Shown here in pieces: positions 50,375-62,899 of a stretch of DNA of 64,000 bases. A program made the translations under genes and the position numbers. The stretch lies in the NCBI RefSeq assembly GCF_009914755.1, contig NC_060929.1. The stretch is one strand, 5' to 3'. The notes beneath the pieces were generated by a model. It did not search any database and had not been told where the DNA came from. It saw only the letters and a list, made by a program, of their open reading frames with translations. Within the stretch, counting starts at the first letter, position 1. Every line of letters begins with the position of its first letter. The DNA is from the human T2T-CHM13v2.0 reference genome, Homo sapiens.

Positions 50375-53300
50375 GCAAAGCCTTTTTTTTTTTTTGAAGT
50401 GGATCGAACCCTTTTGTTTTTTCATTTTGTTCACACAGATGCACTTCATGAATTCCAAGGCTGGTCTCTACTCATAGCCTATTCCCCTCTTACTAGTGTA
50501 GAAAGTCACAACCCTCAGGCTTGACTGTCCAGAGAACTGGTCTGAGTCTCTCAGTCATAGAAGACTGGTTGGCTGATATGCCCCACCCTCAGTTAGGGGT
50601 GTCATCTGGGTGATTCTAGGCCATCAGTAATGCAACCAAAGAAAATAACATTTGAAGTTACAAATAGAAATCAGACACAATTTTTCTGATTCTCAGGACT
50701 CTGTGGCGTGACTCAATTTGTTTTGCAAAACTTCTGTCAGTGGTGCGATGATAAAATTCAGTTCAATTCAAGGACAAGCCATCAGAACATTCCCTTTCAG
50801 GGAGGGGATTTTATCTTATCCTCTACTAAAGTACTAAATTAGTTGAAACTCTTAATTATCATAGCTTGTCTAAAAGTCACACTAACTCAATGCACTATTT
50901 ATTTTCCAAATACCTGCACATTTCTTACATCATAACCCTAATGAGTCATAAAGAATGTATTTACTATGAAAAATATTAGACTCGATTCTCACATGTTGAC
51001 TAGAAATGAAAATACAAAGAAAATAAGTCAGTATGTCCCACTTTACCAATGAATACACAACAGGTGATTTGCTCTCATAAGCTTCCTGAGTTCAGATCAG
51101 AAAGGTGACAGTTTTAACCTTTGGATACTTCCTAATTATGCAAAATGCTTGTAGTCCTTGCAAATGAGAGAATAAAATGATCCCTTTGGTCAGAAGAAGG
51201 CAGAGCTTCCACAAAAAGGTAGTTTTCTGGATGTTAATATTTGGAGAGAGGTTTACCTTTTGGTGGTCTAGAAATTGGGAGTCAATTTATTTTATATTTA
51301 ATTGACCATAGAGCAGATATGATTAGAATCCTCCCCAAAATATTTCCCAACTGAGATTCACACTAAGTTAGCCAGCTTTCTATAGACATTTTTTTACCTG
51401 AATGTTCCACAGTTATCTCCATCTCAATCAACATCAAACTAAGTCCTCATTCCCTATGCACCACACTTCTTCTCCAAGGTCACTTTAAAAACATCTTCCT
51501 CTTCCTCCTCATGCAATTCATCATGATCTACCGGAAATGCTACTTCATAAATTTCTCTAGGATCTGTGTTTTTTCCTTTACTCTCACTCTGTTCTTCCTC
51601 CTGGTCCTTATCCTGCCTCCCCTGGACTACTGTCACCGTTTCCTCAGGCCCCTCCTCTTGTCAACCCTGTAACCCTATTTGCATTCAGTGTCAGTCATGC
51701 TTCCTACATGCCTAACAGAACTTTTCTGTCTTCCGTGCAGACTGATAGATCGTATTTCTGAACTTCCATATTTAGTTGTCTACAGTGCCTCTGTATTTTC
51801 TATTACCAACATTTTTTGAATGCTAAGAAGTTTGTCGATTTTTTTAACATTTAAAAAATGACTCTAATGTATCCATTTCCACATACGCTTTTTCTGGCAT
51901 TCATCTTTTGAGGATTTGAACTGCAGTAATTACATACAATGAACAGTGGTGGCATTTGAGATAAGGTGAGGCTAGAAACGTCAGTTACACTGTTGATAGA
52001 GAAAGTTGAGAATAAATACGCATCTATATTTGATATGCACAAAGGTATGATTAGTATTGAACATTCAAAGATGAGTATGTTGTATAAAACCTTTTGAAAT
52101 TAAATGAAGTCATTACAAGCTAAGGAGTAAGTGAGTGGGCAGAGAAGGGGGAAAAAAGATTCTTCTTACATTCTTTAAAAATGCAAATAAGAACATTGCC
52201 TGAACATTATTACCTGACTGATAAAATGGTAATCACTTAGCAGATATTTATTTAGAAATCTGTTCCAATTGAAAAAATGTCTGAAATTTAACACAACCCT
52301 ATTTGCTAAATGGTAATAAAACAGAATTCCTGGGAGAAAATAGCAGGTACTAAAAGTCATAATATGGTTCTACAAAGTTGAGGATAATTTTTACCACTGT
52401 TTTCAAAATGTAAGTGATAAGGTGGAAAGCCCTCCAGGGCCAGGCAGGCAGATTGCACACTGAACAACTGTACGCTGTGGCTATGAAAGGTAATGTGATA
52501 GTTCAAGATGGCTTCCTTTCAGACAACAGGGACTCACAGTTACGACTCTGGTAAATTCCAGAGTGCCCAGCTTCCCTAAAAGGATTTTAATCCATTTTTA
52601 AAACCCTGGACAGGCCAAATGAACATATCTGCTAGGCCTTCAGTTTGAGAACCCAAGTCTAAAATATCAAATGATAGACCTTTTGCCACATAGAAATCTT
52701 TAGAAAAGCAAACCATTGAAGTTCAAAGGATAGGCTCTGATATCACAAAAATTTGGGTGAAAATACTAGCTTCACCTCTTTCTAGAAATGTGCCTTTGGG
52801 CAAAATAATGATTCTTCTCTGCCTCGGTTACTTCATATGTAATGCTGGGGCCACTATCAGTGAGATCAGATAGGTCACATGTTTGGAGAAATGTCTGAAC
52901 CATAGCAAGTCCTTCTTATCAAATGTTCAAGGCATCAAACAACAGTGATTTGATATTTTCCTTTTATTGTCGAAATCCATTTTCATAGATATTGTCATGG
53001 TTGAGTGACATTTTAATCTAAATTATATATACCTTAGGAGATAGTTTGTCTTTGGAGAGTTGGGAGATAATTTGAAAAAATCAGTGATTCCGGAAGCAAA
53101 GACTTGGATTTTAGTCTCAGGTTAATCACTTATTAGCTGTGTAGGCTGAGGAAAAATCACTTAATCCTCTGAAACTCTTTTTATTTCTTTTGTAAATAAA
53201 GATATTTATTTCTTTATTTACAAAAATTGTGCTTTGTAGGACTGCAAGAAGCTACAAGTCATAGGCAAGGCTCCAAATTATAGAAAGGAGCTTCTAAGAA

Positions 53301-54309
53301 ATTGTAAATAATTCACAGCTTCAATCACGTTTCTTGAATCTCATCACAGCCTGTGCTTGCAAAGTGAGACAAAAAGACACAGTCTTACAGGAATCCAAGT
53401 GACCCTTCCATCTAGACCATGCTGTAATCCTATTAGGTACAGAGGTAATTCTGACTGGGCTTGAGCTGAGAGTCATAAAGATCTTGCAATTTTTTTTTTA
53501 ATTAGGCAATATCTCTACCCTTGCCAAGCTATTTGCATCCGCTGATTTGCACAAGTCCTAATAAACTATGTAAAAAATCTCATTAAAATGTGACATTTAA
53601 ATAAAGATTGGTAATAAAAGAAGCAAACTGCAGGGAGGAATAACAAGGTGTCATAAGAAAAGAAGCCAGATACACCAGGGTTGACTGAGCAACAGACCCA
53701 GAACGATGCAGGTCAATAATAATTCTGAGAACATGTAACTGTTGATACTAAAATTCATCATAACACTACCCTCTGTGTGTTCCAGGGAACAAGATTAGGT
53801 CTGAGAATTTGAAATGCTACAATGCTTGCTTCTGAAATACTTCTATCTCAAGCAATTTTAGTATGGGGCCCACTTTGATCAAGCATGACATGGAAGGCAT
53901 ACTCTTCTCACTTCACAGGTGAAATGATGTGGATTTTCATTATCAAGGAGCTTCTGCTTTACTAAAGTCCAGGGGGAAGCTTTGAGGCCTACAGACTGCT
54001 CATTTAGCAGGCTGTAATTCAAAGTATGCCTCAGTGGAACTGATAGAGCTGGAGGCTGCAGAGGTTCAGCTTGGCAAGCAAAACAAAGTCAGGACACTTG
54101 GGAGCACCCCTTTCAGTAATAACCAAATTCTCTAAAACAGGTGGACAAGGTAAACTGCACAAAAGACTGAGCTTCCTGCAGTCAAGCAGATTGAGACTCA
54201 GATGCTTATATTAATGCCGTCACATCTGCACCCTCAGGTTTCTGAAGCCGGGTGAAGCAGCCTCCACAGCAGTAAGTTCCAGAAGAAACCAAGCTTATAT
54301 AGTGGGGAA

Positions 54310-54600
54310 GCTGTATCTGTTATTTGCCACAGTTTTTATGCACTTATATCAATCAATGAGAGCCAGAAGCCTGAAAACTATATTTTTCAGACTTTCTTGC
54401 CCACTGGCTTCAGGTTATGTTTTCCAAATGAGAGATTCAACATGGAAATTTGGGCGATGAGGTGAGAAAGAGGAGTATATTTCTTCTCTATTTGGAGGTG
54501 CTTTAAGCAGTAAGAGCAACAGCAAATGGTTCCAGAAATGTGGCAATGGTTGTGCCTCCAGCAGACCCATAACAGCAAGGAGGATCATGAGGCTTCTTGA
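54310..54600. mobile_element. Old ERVL-type LTR relic (LTR33/41-like)
   Basis: gaagcctgaaaactatattttcagactttcttgc-like motif. Confidence 0.4.
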
Positions 54601-57600
54601 CCTCTTTAACATCTCCTTCTCCCTGCTCTGCCATGGAGCTCTGTGACCTGCACTAAATCTCCGTTTGCTTAAAATATATACAACAGTTTCCATTTTCCTG
54701 CCTGGACACTGACAAATACAATAGCAGAAAGAAATAAGTCAGGGGTATTTTCTTGTAAACAGGGGTCACCAATCAAGGGAATGATTGCATATAAAGGAGA
54801 GCTGGCTGTATGGAATCCAGCACAAGACCAGGAGTCAAAGAGACACAAGATCTTAACCCAGATGCTCCAATTCCCAAACAGAACTGTGTCCAAGTCCATG
54901 GAAGCTGCAGAGAAAAGAGAAAATGGTGCTAAATAGGTATAGAAGACCAGTGGTTTCATTCCAACTAAGCCACTTATTAGCTCCAATATTGAAGGTTTTC
55001 TGTCATCTTTGGGAGCCTTTGTTTCCTCACCAGAGAATGGGTACAGTCAGGGATAAATATTCAAACAATTTAATAACTGATCATTAAGGTCAACCAGGTA
55101 AGTAGATGGATACTAAATTGAAACAATCAAGAAACTTATAGCTTATAGTAATTAATTATCAGTTTTTGGGTAATAAATATCTACCTCTCATGATACTCGT
55201 GATGACTAAAGACACATTTATCATTTACTCTATGCATACTATGTGCAAAATACTATGTTAAGAATTTTACCTATGTTTTTCTGAAGATTACCTGTAATCT
55301 TAAGAAAAATCCCATTTTCAGACACCAAAACTGAAGGCTCAGAGAGATTACATAAATTCTTCAAAGTAATACAGCCAGTAAATGGGAAAGTCAAGACTTG
55401 AACTTATATTATTCTGTTTCCATAAACCCTACTTTTCCAGCATCCCATGGTGTTGGTAGTTGAAGTTCTGTTAGGAACGCTTCAGAAGATGTATAGGATC
55501 ACGTATATGTAGAAGATTACTAGCTTAATTCCATAACCAGAAAATTTCACACATTGCAAGAGGCCATTGCTTTCAAAATATAAATGTATCTTCTTCCTTC
55601 TAGTAGTTTGTGATGCCTCTAGCTTGAGGTTCCCCATAACCCCAAGTGGCACAGGGGTTTTCAACACAAGATGAGTCCCAGCTCATATTCACTGTATTCC
55701 TGATCTAATCAAAGTACTAACTGAATAGTCACCATTTTGTCAGTCAAGCAGTGAAGTTGAGTATTATTCTCATTTACATTTCTAAAGCAACATAAAAATA
55801 ACCCCTTTTAAATGGTACCCACTCACTTTCTCCTTATATGCTAACGAATGTCACAATTTCCGAGCCTGAAGAGAGATTTCCTGCAAAACACCTAAATGCC
55901 TTAAAGTTGCACATGTTCACAATTCTGACTGCCAGGTTACAAACATGAATTGACTCCAGTTCCAAATCAATTCCACATCGATAAGTCTTTAGGGCAAACA
56001 ACTAACACACATTGATTTTTTAAATTCTATAAATTATTTCAAGGCTTTAGAATATTCAGCATTAAAAATTACCATTTCATTTCAGGCTTTAGTGAAGCAT
56101 AATGTGTATTTTTACCAGTATTAATCAACCCCAAAATCAACTTTTCTGTTTAAAAAATTTCTATCTTTTTCTGTTTGCTAAGATTGGAAAATTTCAATTC
56201 ATTCTTGTAGTTACATTGATATCCAATACATTTAATTTCTTGATCTAAAGTAATGAATTGTGACTTGGTGTCATGACAGAATTAAGGCAACTAGGTAATT
56301 AATTTGAAGCCAACTACTCACTTTGTTATGGTTTTTAATTAATGTTGTTGCATGTGTATAGCAGGAGACTGCTTTTATATAAATATTATGTATTTTATAT
56401 TTAAATTATTCAACTTTTGGTATTTACTCAGATTTTCTGTGTTGTGTATAAAAGCTTGCCAGTTTGATCTTCAGTTAAAAAATATTTAGTGGCTCCCTAG
56501 TACCGTCATCAAGCCTACCAAAGGAATCAAAAAGAAAGATTCTTTCCCTGGAAAATTCTTCTTTCTTGGATTTCTTTCTCACTTTCCTCCTTCTTCCTTT
56601 ACATCCTTAAAGTGGCTTACAAAAATGATCAATACATTATTTAAAAAGCAAAGGAAACAAGACGAAGCGATTAAAAGGGTTGGAAAATATAGTAAAGGCT
56701 TGTTAGAGCCATTGTACACACCTAGAGATCTTCTACACTTATTAGTGGTGATTATAAATTTGTCTCTCAGTTTCCTAGAAACCCTAGCAAAGGGCGGAAA
56801 ATGCTACCATTTATATGATTCATAATCCTATAAGATGCTTTTCTGGTTGCTAATGAGAAACATTAATAAGAAAGCACAACAGTCATTTCGTGGAGAAGAA
56901 GCCGATCCTTAAATGAGGTTGTTCTTATTAAAGAAGGAAGAAGCCCCAGGGACTGCAGGGTCAGTGAAGCAAGAGGATAGAGAGCTCATGGGGCAGGGAG
57001 GTGAGTCAAGGGTAGGCAGAAGCTACCGTTAAAAAGAACCAAGACATAAAATAAACTTTTTCTCTGCTCAAAGCCTGGAGGCATTGTCTTGAGAAACCTC
57101 CAAGTGCAAGTTTATATACAAATGGACTTTCCTTCACCTGTTTATCTCCTGTCTGAACATTGTACTCTCTGGAACTTAAAAAGAAATTGATTGAAAAAAT
57201 TTCTTAGAAAGCAGAAACTTTCAAATTATAATAAACAGCCAGAAAAAAGAGACAGAAACCTGAACTGCATTTAGCGATCACACTTGAACTGAGGAAAACC
57301 ACGTGTCAGCCGGGAGAATCTGGTAGTTAAACAACATCAAAAGCATAGCTGTTTCTGAAGTCAGGCATTAAGTGTTTTAGGGCTGAATTAAGTAGGGTGA
57401 GGCACCAGCAAGGCTCATTCCCCAAATACAAGCCAAAGATGTTCTACAGGGTATCTGCTGCAAAATCATCAAAGCCAGTGTTTCCATTTTTCTTTCTTCA
57501 ACCCTTCAAAAAAAAATGCAGCTGCCTCCTCCGGAGCCTTGAGGAGGAAAAAACAGACCAATAAAACAGATCAGGTGGGTGTCAGATTGTCTGGAAAGAG

Positions 57601-57878
57601 CTGCCTGTTGACTGCTAAGTTGGCTGACACTATTTACCAAGGGACAGGACTCATCAGGAACTTGCCTCCCCAACCAGGGCCTGATTCACTGCCAGCTTTT
57701 CATCATGATTCAATCCATCCTGCATCAACTGCTTTCTCTGCTATGGAGACTCTTAAGAGGAAAATGCTTATAATGCTTCTCATATTGCTAAAATCAAGAC
57801 CTAGTATGACTTTTCTTAATTTTACCTTATAGTTCACAGAGAACATAGCGCATTGTATGTATCTTACTATTAGAATTC

Positions 57879-58134
57879 TTTTTTTTTTATTATACTTTAA
57901 GTTTTAGGGTACATGTGCACAATGTGCAGGTTAGTTACATATGTATACATGTGCCATGCTGGTGTGCGCACCCATTAACTCATCATCTAGCATTAGGTAT
58001 ATCTCCTAATGCTATCCCTCCCCCCTCCCCCAACCCCACAACAGTCCCCAGACTGTGATGTTCCCCTTCCTGTGTCCATGTGTTCTCATTGTTCAATTCC
58101 CATCTATGAGTGAGAACATGCGGTGTTTGGTTTT
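57879..58134 (-). mobile_element. L1PA3/4-like 3'UTR fragment (~255 bp), sense to HTR4
   Basis: Poly-T, tattatactttaagttttagggtacatgtgcac...gagaacatgcggtgtttgg. Only a short ttctttt TSD candidate. Confidence 0.92.
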
Positions 58135-61100
58135 CTTTTATCACCGTATTAAATACTTTAGTTCAGTGATTGTCATCTAGCTACACAGTGAGATCCTTAA
58201 GCCCAGGAAATTGTCTCCCTCTTTCTGACACAAAGTGTAGGTGCTTAATTATTTTATAGTAAAGAAATAAAGGCAATCTACTGACAATTTCTTCCTGTGG
58301 TTGGCCATGATTGCATTTTCTAACTTTCCTGGAACTCCCAAAGTTCTTTTTTATGTCTAATCCTGGTCCTCCAGCATTTTTCATAGTAATTCTTTGAGCT
58401 TGTACACTGTAACTACTCCCAAATTACCTTTGATTATGTTAGCCAGAGTTAGTTTCTGATGTTTTTAGTCAAGGATGCTGACAGACACATTGTAGCAAGG
58501 ACCAAGCTGAATTAGAAAACTCAATTAAATGACGCCAAACAAACAAAAATGAAGTGAGCAGTATGGCCGGACAAAACACTTAACTGTAAGACATTTTATT
58601 TAATAGAAAATGTCAACTAGGACCACTCTGTCTCTTGACATCTGGGGAAAATTGACTGGAGCCCCTCAATTCTAGAGCTTGTGGAAGTCTAAAGCCTTCT
58701 CTGAGATTTCTGAAATCTCTCTAGGGCATTTGCAGTCTCCTGCCATCCTGTTCCTTTTGGGTGTCCATTCTCACATAGGCATCCTCTCTTCCAAACCCCA
58801 TTTACCAACACAGGAATGTCAGACATCTCAGCAATGTATACATAGACCCACACACAAACATTCACATGCACATATGTATTGAAATAAAATATCATATAAA
58901 AGAAGGCAATGCAGTTTTATGACCTTGAACAAGTTATTCAACCTCCTTATGTCTCAGTTGACACACATGGTAAAATAGGGATAATAATGATATGGAGCTT
59001 GTAGGACTGCTTTAAAAATTAAATGGGATAATACTAGTTTATAGCCCATGCTGAGCTCACACATTCAACAAAAGAAACATTCAACATGAATTCATAGCCA
59101 AGCTAGAAAATTTTCCTGAAGGACTGAGTCCTCGGAGAAGTCAGCACACACATTAAAGAAAAAAAACAAAAAGATATGCAACTGTACTCTCAAAGTCCCT
59201 TACAACTAATGTTTTGCCCCTTCCCAAACAGAGCCCAGATTCTCCTTCTCTGAATCATGTCTCCTCCAAACTCCTCCCTTTTCCATTCATTTTCTTCTAT
59301 CTTCAGAGCAAGTAAAAGGATTCTTTTCCTGGGCTAGAAACCCAGGCTTTTCAATTCTCACCTTATGTAGGCACTTTTCCAAGTGGGGACATCCCTTATC
59401 AAAGAAGAATTTCTGGTTCATGCTTTTAAAATAATAAAATTTCTTCTTGCTAATTACACCTAGAAAAAGGGTGTCTAGACTTTAGTCATTTGCATAATAC
59501 CCTTGTGATTTTTTTAACATTCCCTTATTAATTAATATAAAAATGCATAATATTTTTAAAAATAAACCTACATTTACATTTTAAATAAATTAATCATATA
59601 AGGAAATATTTTTCACTATTATAAGTGGCAAAATATTATTACTCATCCTAAGGAGGTAACCTCAAAATAAACATTTGATTTTAAAATAAAAATATTGTTG
59701 GCATACCACCTAAATTCATTATGTATTCCTAACAATTCATGCATCACAATTTGGTAAATGTGAGCCTAAAAACATCTTTTATTATGGACATTCAAAGGCT
59801 GTACTGAGAGGACATGAGGGAAAGTCTGTGGCATTTGCCTGTTATTAATATTGTGGATAGAGAGGGGGAGTGGGTGAGGAGAAACATATGTTGATGGGAT
59901 CTGGTTAGAAAACTGACAGAGAAGATGGTCCAGAGACAAGATTCTGGGGCGTGATATCATCTTGTATCCTGCACTATTGTTCCACAGCACCCAGGAGAAT
60001 GGCTAATGTCCATTTAATCAAATTGTATTCTGCTGTTAGAATCTAATGCTGCTATAAATAAATGTTTAAAAGCTAGAAATGTTACAGCTCATAATATCTG
60101 AATTATTCCCCCAAAAGTACATTTTAACCAACTGATCCAGTTTGATACAGTGTCTGAAATTTAAAACAATATTATAATGTGTCACCATTGATATTGCTCA
60201 CTCTGGCCTTTTAATTAACAAAAATAAAATTGAGATTCTCTGCATTTCACTCTGCTTTCTCTGGGCAAATAATTTCACAAACTTTAGAGGAAAATTAAAG
60301 ACCTGGCACCAGGTCTGGCACCAGCCTAAATAATCTATGTTAATGTCCTAAGACTCTGAACCAAGTCAGTACATCTGGGAAATAACAAAGTCCACACACT
60401 TTTATTGAGAGTGTAAAATGTTTTATTGCTAAAAATACAGTCTCTTTGTATATCTATATGTATTAGAACACAACCTTATTTGAAATATATATATTACAAC
60501 AATGACAAACTGATCAACATCTCTTTATTAAATACCCACCATGTACCAGGGATTTTGCCAGGGATCATGAAACACATTCTACCCTCAAGAAATTCCCTGG
60601 TTGGGGTGACAGTACATCTTGGCAACTCAAGTCATATTACACTAGAGTTTCTGTCAAGATATTTGACAGCTCCTTTTGTGATAGTTTTCTACTATGTCAA
60701 ATGCAGAGGCACAAGGCCCCTGATCTATACCTGAAATATACTTTTCTAGAGGTCTCAAGTGAATGAAAAACAGTTCTTGTGATTACAGCAAGAATGTATT
60801 TTTTAGGATGTATTCCAGCTACTGATATCTATGGATAATTCTCAGCCTCAAATGCCAATTCATAACATTGAGGCCTTATTGAATACACTTTTCTTTGTAC
60901 TATTTGATTGTGCCAAATAAAGCAATCTTTTCGAAAAGAAAATCTTCCCTAGGAGTCAGACTACTATTTCATCTCCAAGGCTTGCAGAAAATTACAGGAA
61001 AACAAATCAAAACGAAACAAAAACCATTTAGCTTTATGTAACTATACCATGCAACCATTATGTCACATAATATAATAACCTAGTTGAGAAAAGAAGTGGA

Positions 61101-61484
61101 CAAACTAGAACCTGCTATAAAAAGCAACGTGAATTTGTCTCAAGTTTAGATATACAGATAGATATTCTTAAGCTATTTTTACCCCTACTTAAATACATCT
61201 TTCTTCCTATTACAGAGATGAATATCTATTTTCAAACATCATCTCCATAATGCAGACTTTTAGTATAGGAAGCTGGAAATGTTTACAGTCATATTACGTT
61301 TTTCATTTAAACAGAAATGACAAAACACTAATAATCAAACAGTACTGTGAACATGATTATATATGAAACATCAAAGAAAATCCACATCCATTAACTTTAT
61401 AACTCTACAACAACAGATTTTTAGAGTCTTCATAGCAGAAATGTTCTCAGTTTACAACACAATATGTACAGAAAGGTAACATAC

Positions 61485-61510
61485 CTCACATTAGCATCAA
61501 GTTTGTCCAT
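61485..61510 (-). CDS. HTR4: First coding segment of 5-hydroxytryptamine receptor 4 (5-HT4): ATGGACAAACTTGATGCTAATGTGAG = M-D-K-L-D-A-N-V-(S), followed by a phase-2 intron
   Basis: The minus-strand translation matches the 5-HT4 N-terminus I recognise (MDKLDANVSSEEGF...). Kozak context is good (gtaATGG) and the donor is canonical (GAG|gtatgt at 61485/61484). Confidence 0.96.
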
Positions 61511-61526
61511 TACAGGAAATAAGCAT
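61497..61526 (-). promoter_or_regulatory. Out-of-frame overlapping uORF (MLISCNGQT*) starting 16 nt upstream of the HTR4 ATG
   Basis: ATG CTT ATT TCC TGT AAT GGA CAA ACT TGA read directly on the minus strand. Weak Kozak context (ctcATGc). Translation is not shown. Confidence 0.6.
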
Positions 61527-62899
61527 GAGTGAGTTGGATTTCAATGCCCACAGGGTCCTAAAATGGGGGAAGTAAAAAGATGTTATAAAAGAAAGCAGCA
61601 TTGAAAAATACAAGTCCTTGTTTTAAAAAACTCAAATAACTATTGCTTCCTATTATGACTTGTTTTGTGGAAATATTTAATAAACAATACTAAAGCAAAA
61701 AGCTTTTGGCATATTGACGTATGGTACAGCCGAGTGTCACAAAAGGTTTATTTACACCCTACTGATCGCTTTGTGATTAAAACATATGGGTGCTTCTTTT
61801 TGCTCCATTTATTGTTATTTATGTTCTTTCCAGAAACATGGCTTATTTTTATGATCTGCATTAGGACAGTAATTAGTGAAGATAGGTAGCTACATTCTTA
61901 TGCTTAAAATAGTATATTGCCCAAAATGGCCATTTTGTTCCTATGAGGATTTTAAAAAAATGTTTAAATCATTTTAAGGGTAGGAAATCACAGATTCTTT
62001 TGAGAATCTAGTAAACTCTTGAGAACTGTCTGCCCAGAAAAAAATAGATACGCATGCACACACATGCACACTTTCCAGAGAGTCCATGATTCCTTGAACT
62101 CAGGAATCCAGGAATCCCAGGCCCATCCAGGAACCCCAGGCTAAGAATTCCCAATCGAAGGAGAGTTAACTTCAAATTACCAAAGTTCCTCTATCACAGA
62201 CCCTCAGAAGACCTCACACTCTTTAATGGATGGGCATTCACTGATCTCCACAAAATCAACCCTCTTTACTAATTGTTCAGTTCCATTTTTGCATTTTTAT
62301 ATCTTCATCACATCTGTTCCACAGCATGATGAATCAGTAAGTGTAGGGGCAGGGTCCGGCTGTCTCTTCTAGGGTCACCATGAGCAAGTCCCTTTTCCTT
62401 CTGAACATCATCATTCACTTCTCAGTAAAGAGAAGAGATTGGAAAAAAATAATCTCTGAGTTCACTCCTAGCTCTGATATTCTATAGTTCTGTTTGCTAG
62501 TTTTCTAGTTGAATCTTACCAAGAAGAACCTGGAAATCTGTTATCTACATAAAAGAACCATGAAACTCAGCCTGGGCCCTTGGACACCTTGGCCAGGGTG
62601 AGCTAAACAGATGTGGCTGGCAGCCACGAAGAGAATGGCAGATCACTAGATATGGAAAGGACCTCGACTCTCTGTGTTTTTCGATGTTTGTTTCTTAGAT
62701 CCTCTAAACTTAACAGGAGCTCCCATGGGCATTTCTGGGCCTGGGGCAGGCATGGGAAAGGCTCCACCTGCAGAACTCTGAGCCCCCTCCCCTAATCTGA
62801 AGGAAAGTAGCTCTGTCCACATCTGTCTGTTTTATATTTTGAATGTAGAATAATATTTTGCTGGAAATATACAAGTACAAAGCCCTAACTATCGAAGTG

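Larger units (their letters stand above)
61485..61557 (-). other. HTR4: 73-nt HTR4 exon (47 nt 5'UTR + 26 nt CDS)
   Basis: Minus-strand acceptor is a pyrimidine tract ending cattttAG|GACCCTG (AG at 61559-61558). Donor is GAG|GTATGT. Confidence 0.94.

Noticed and set aside
59983-60004. RE1/REST-like cagcacccaggagaatggc (and atcagcatcccacggac near 20476)
   Set aside because: Several mismatches or wrong spacing against TTCAGCACCACGGACAGCGCC; expected by chance.
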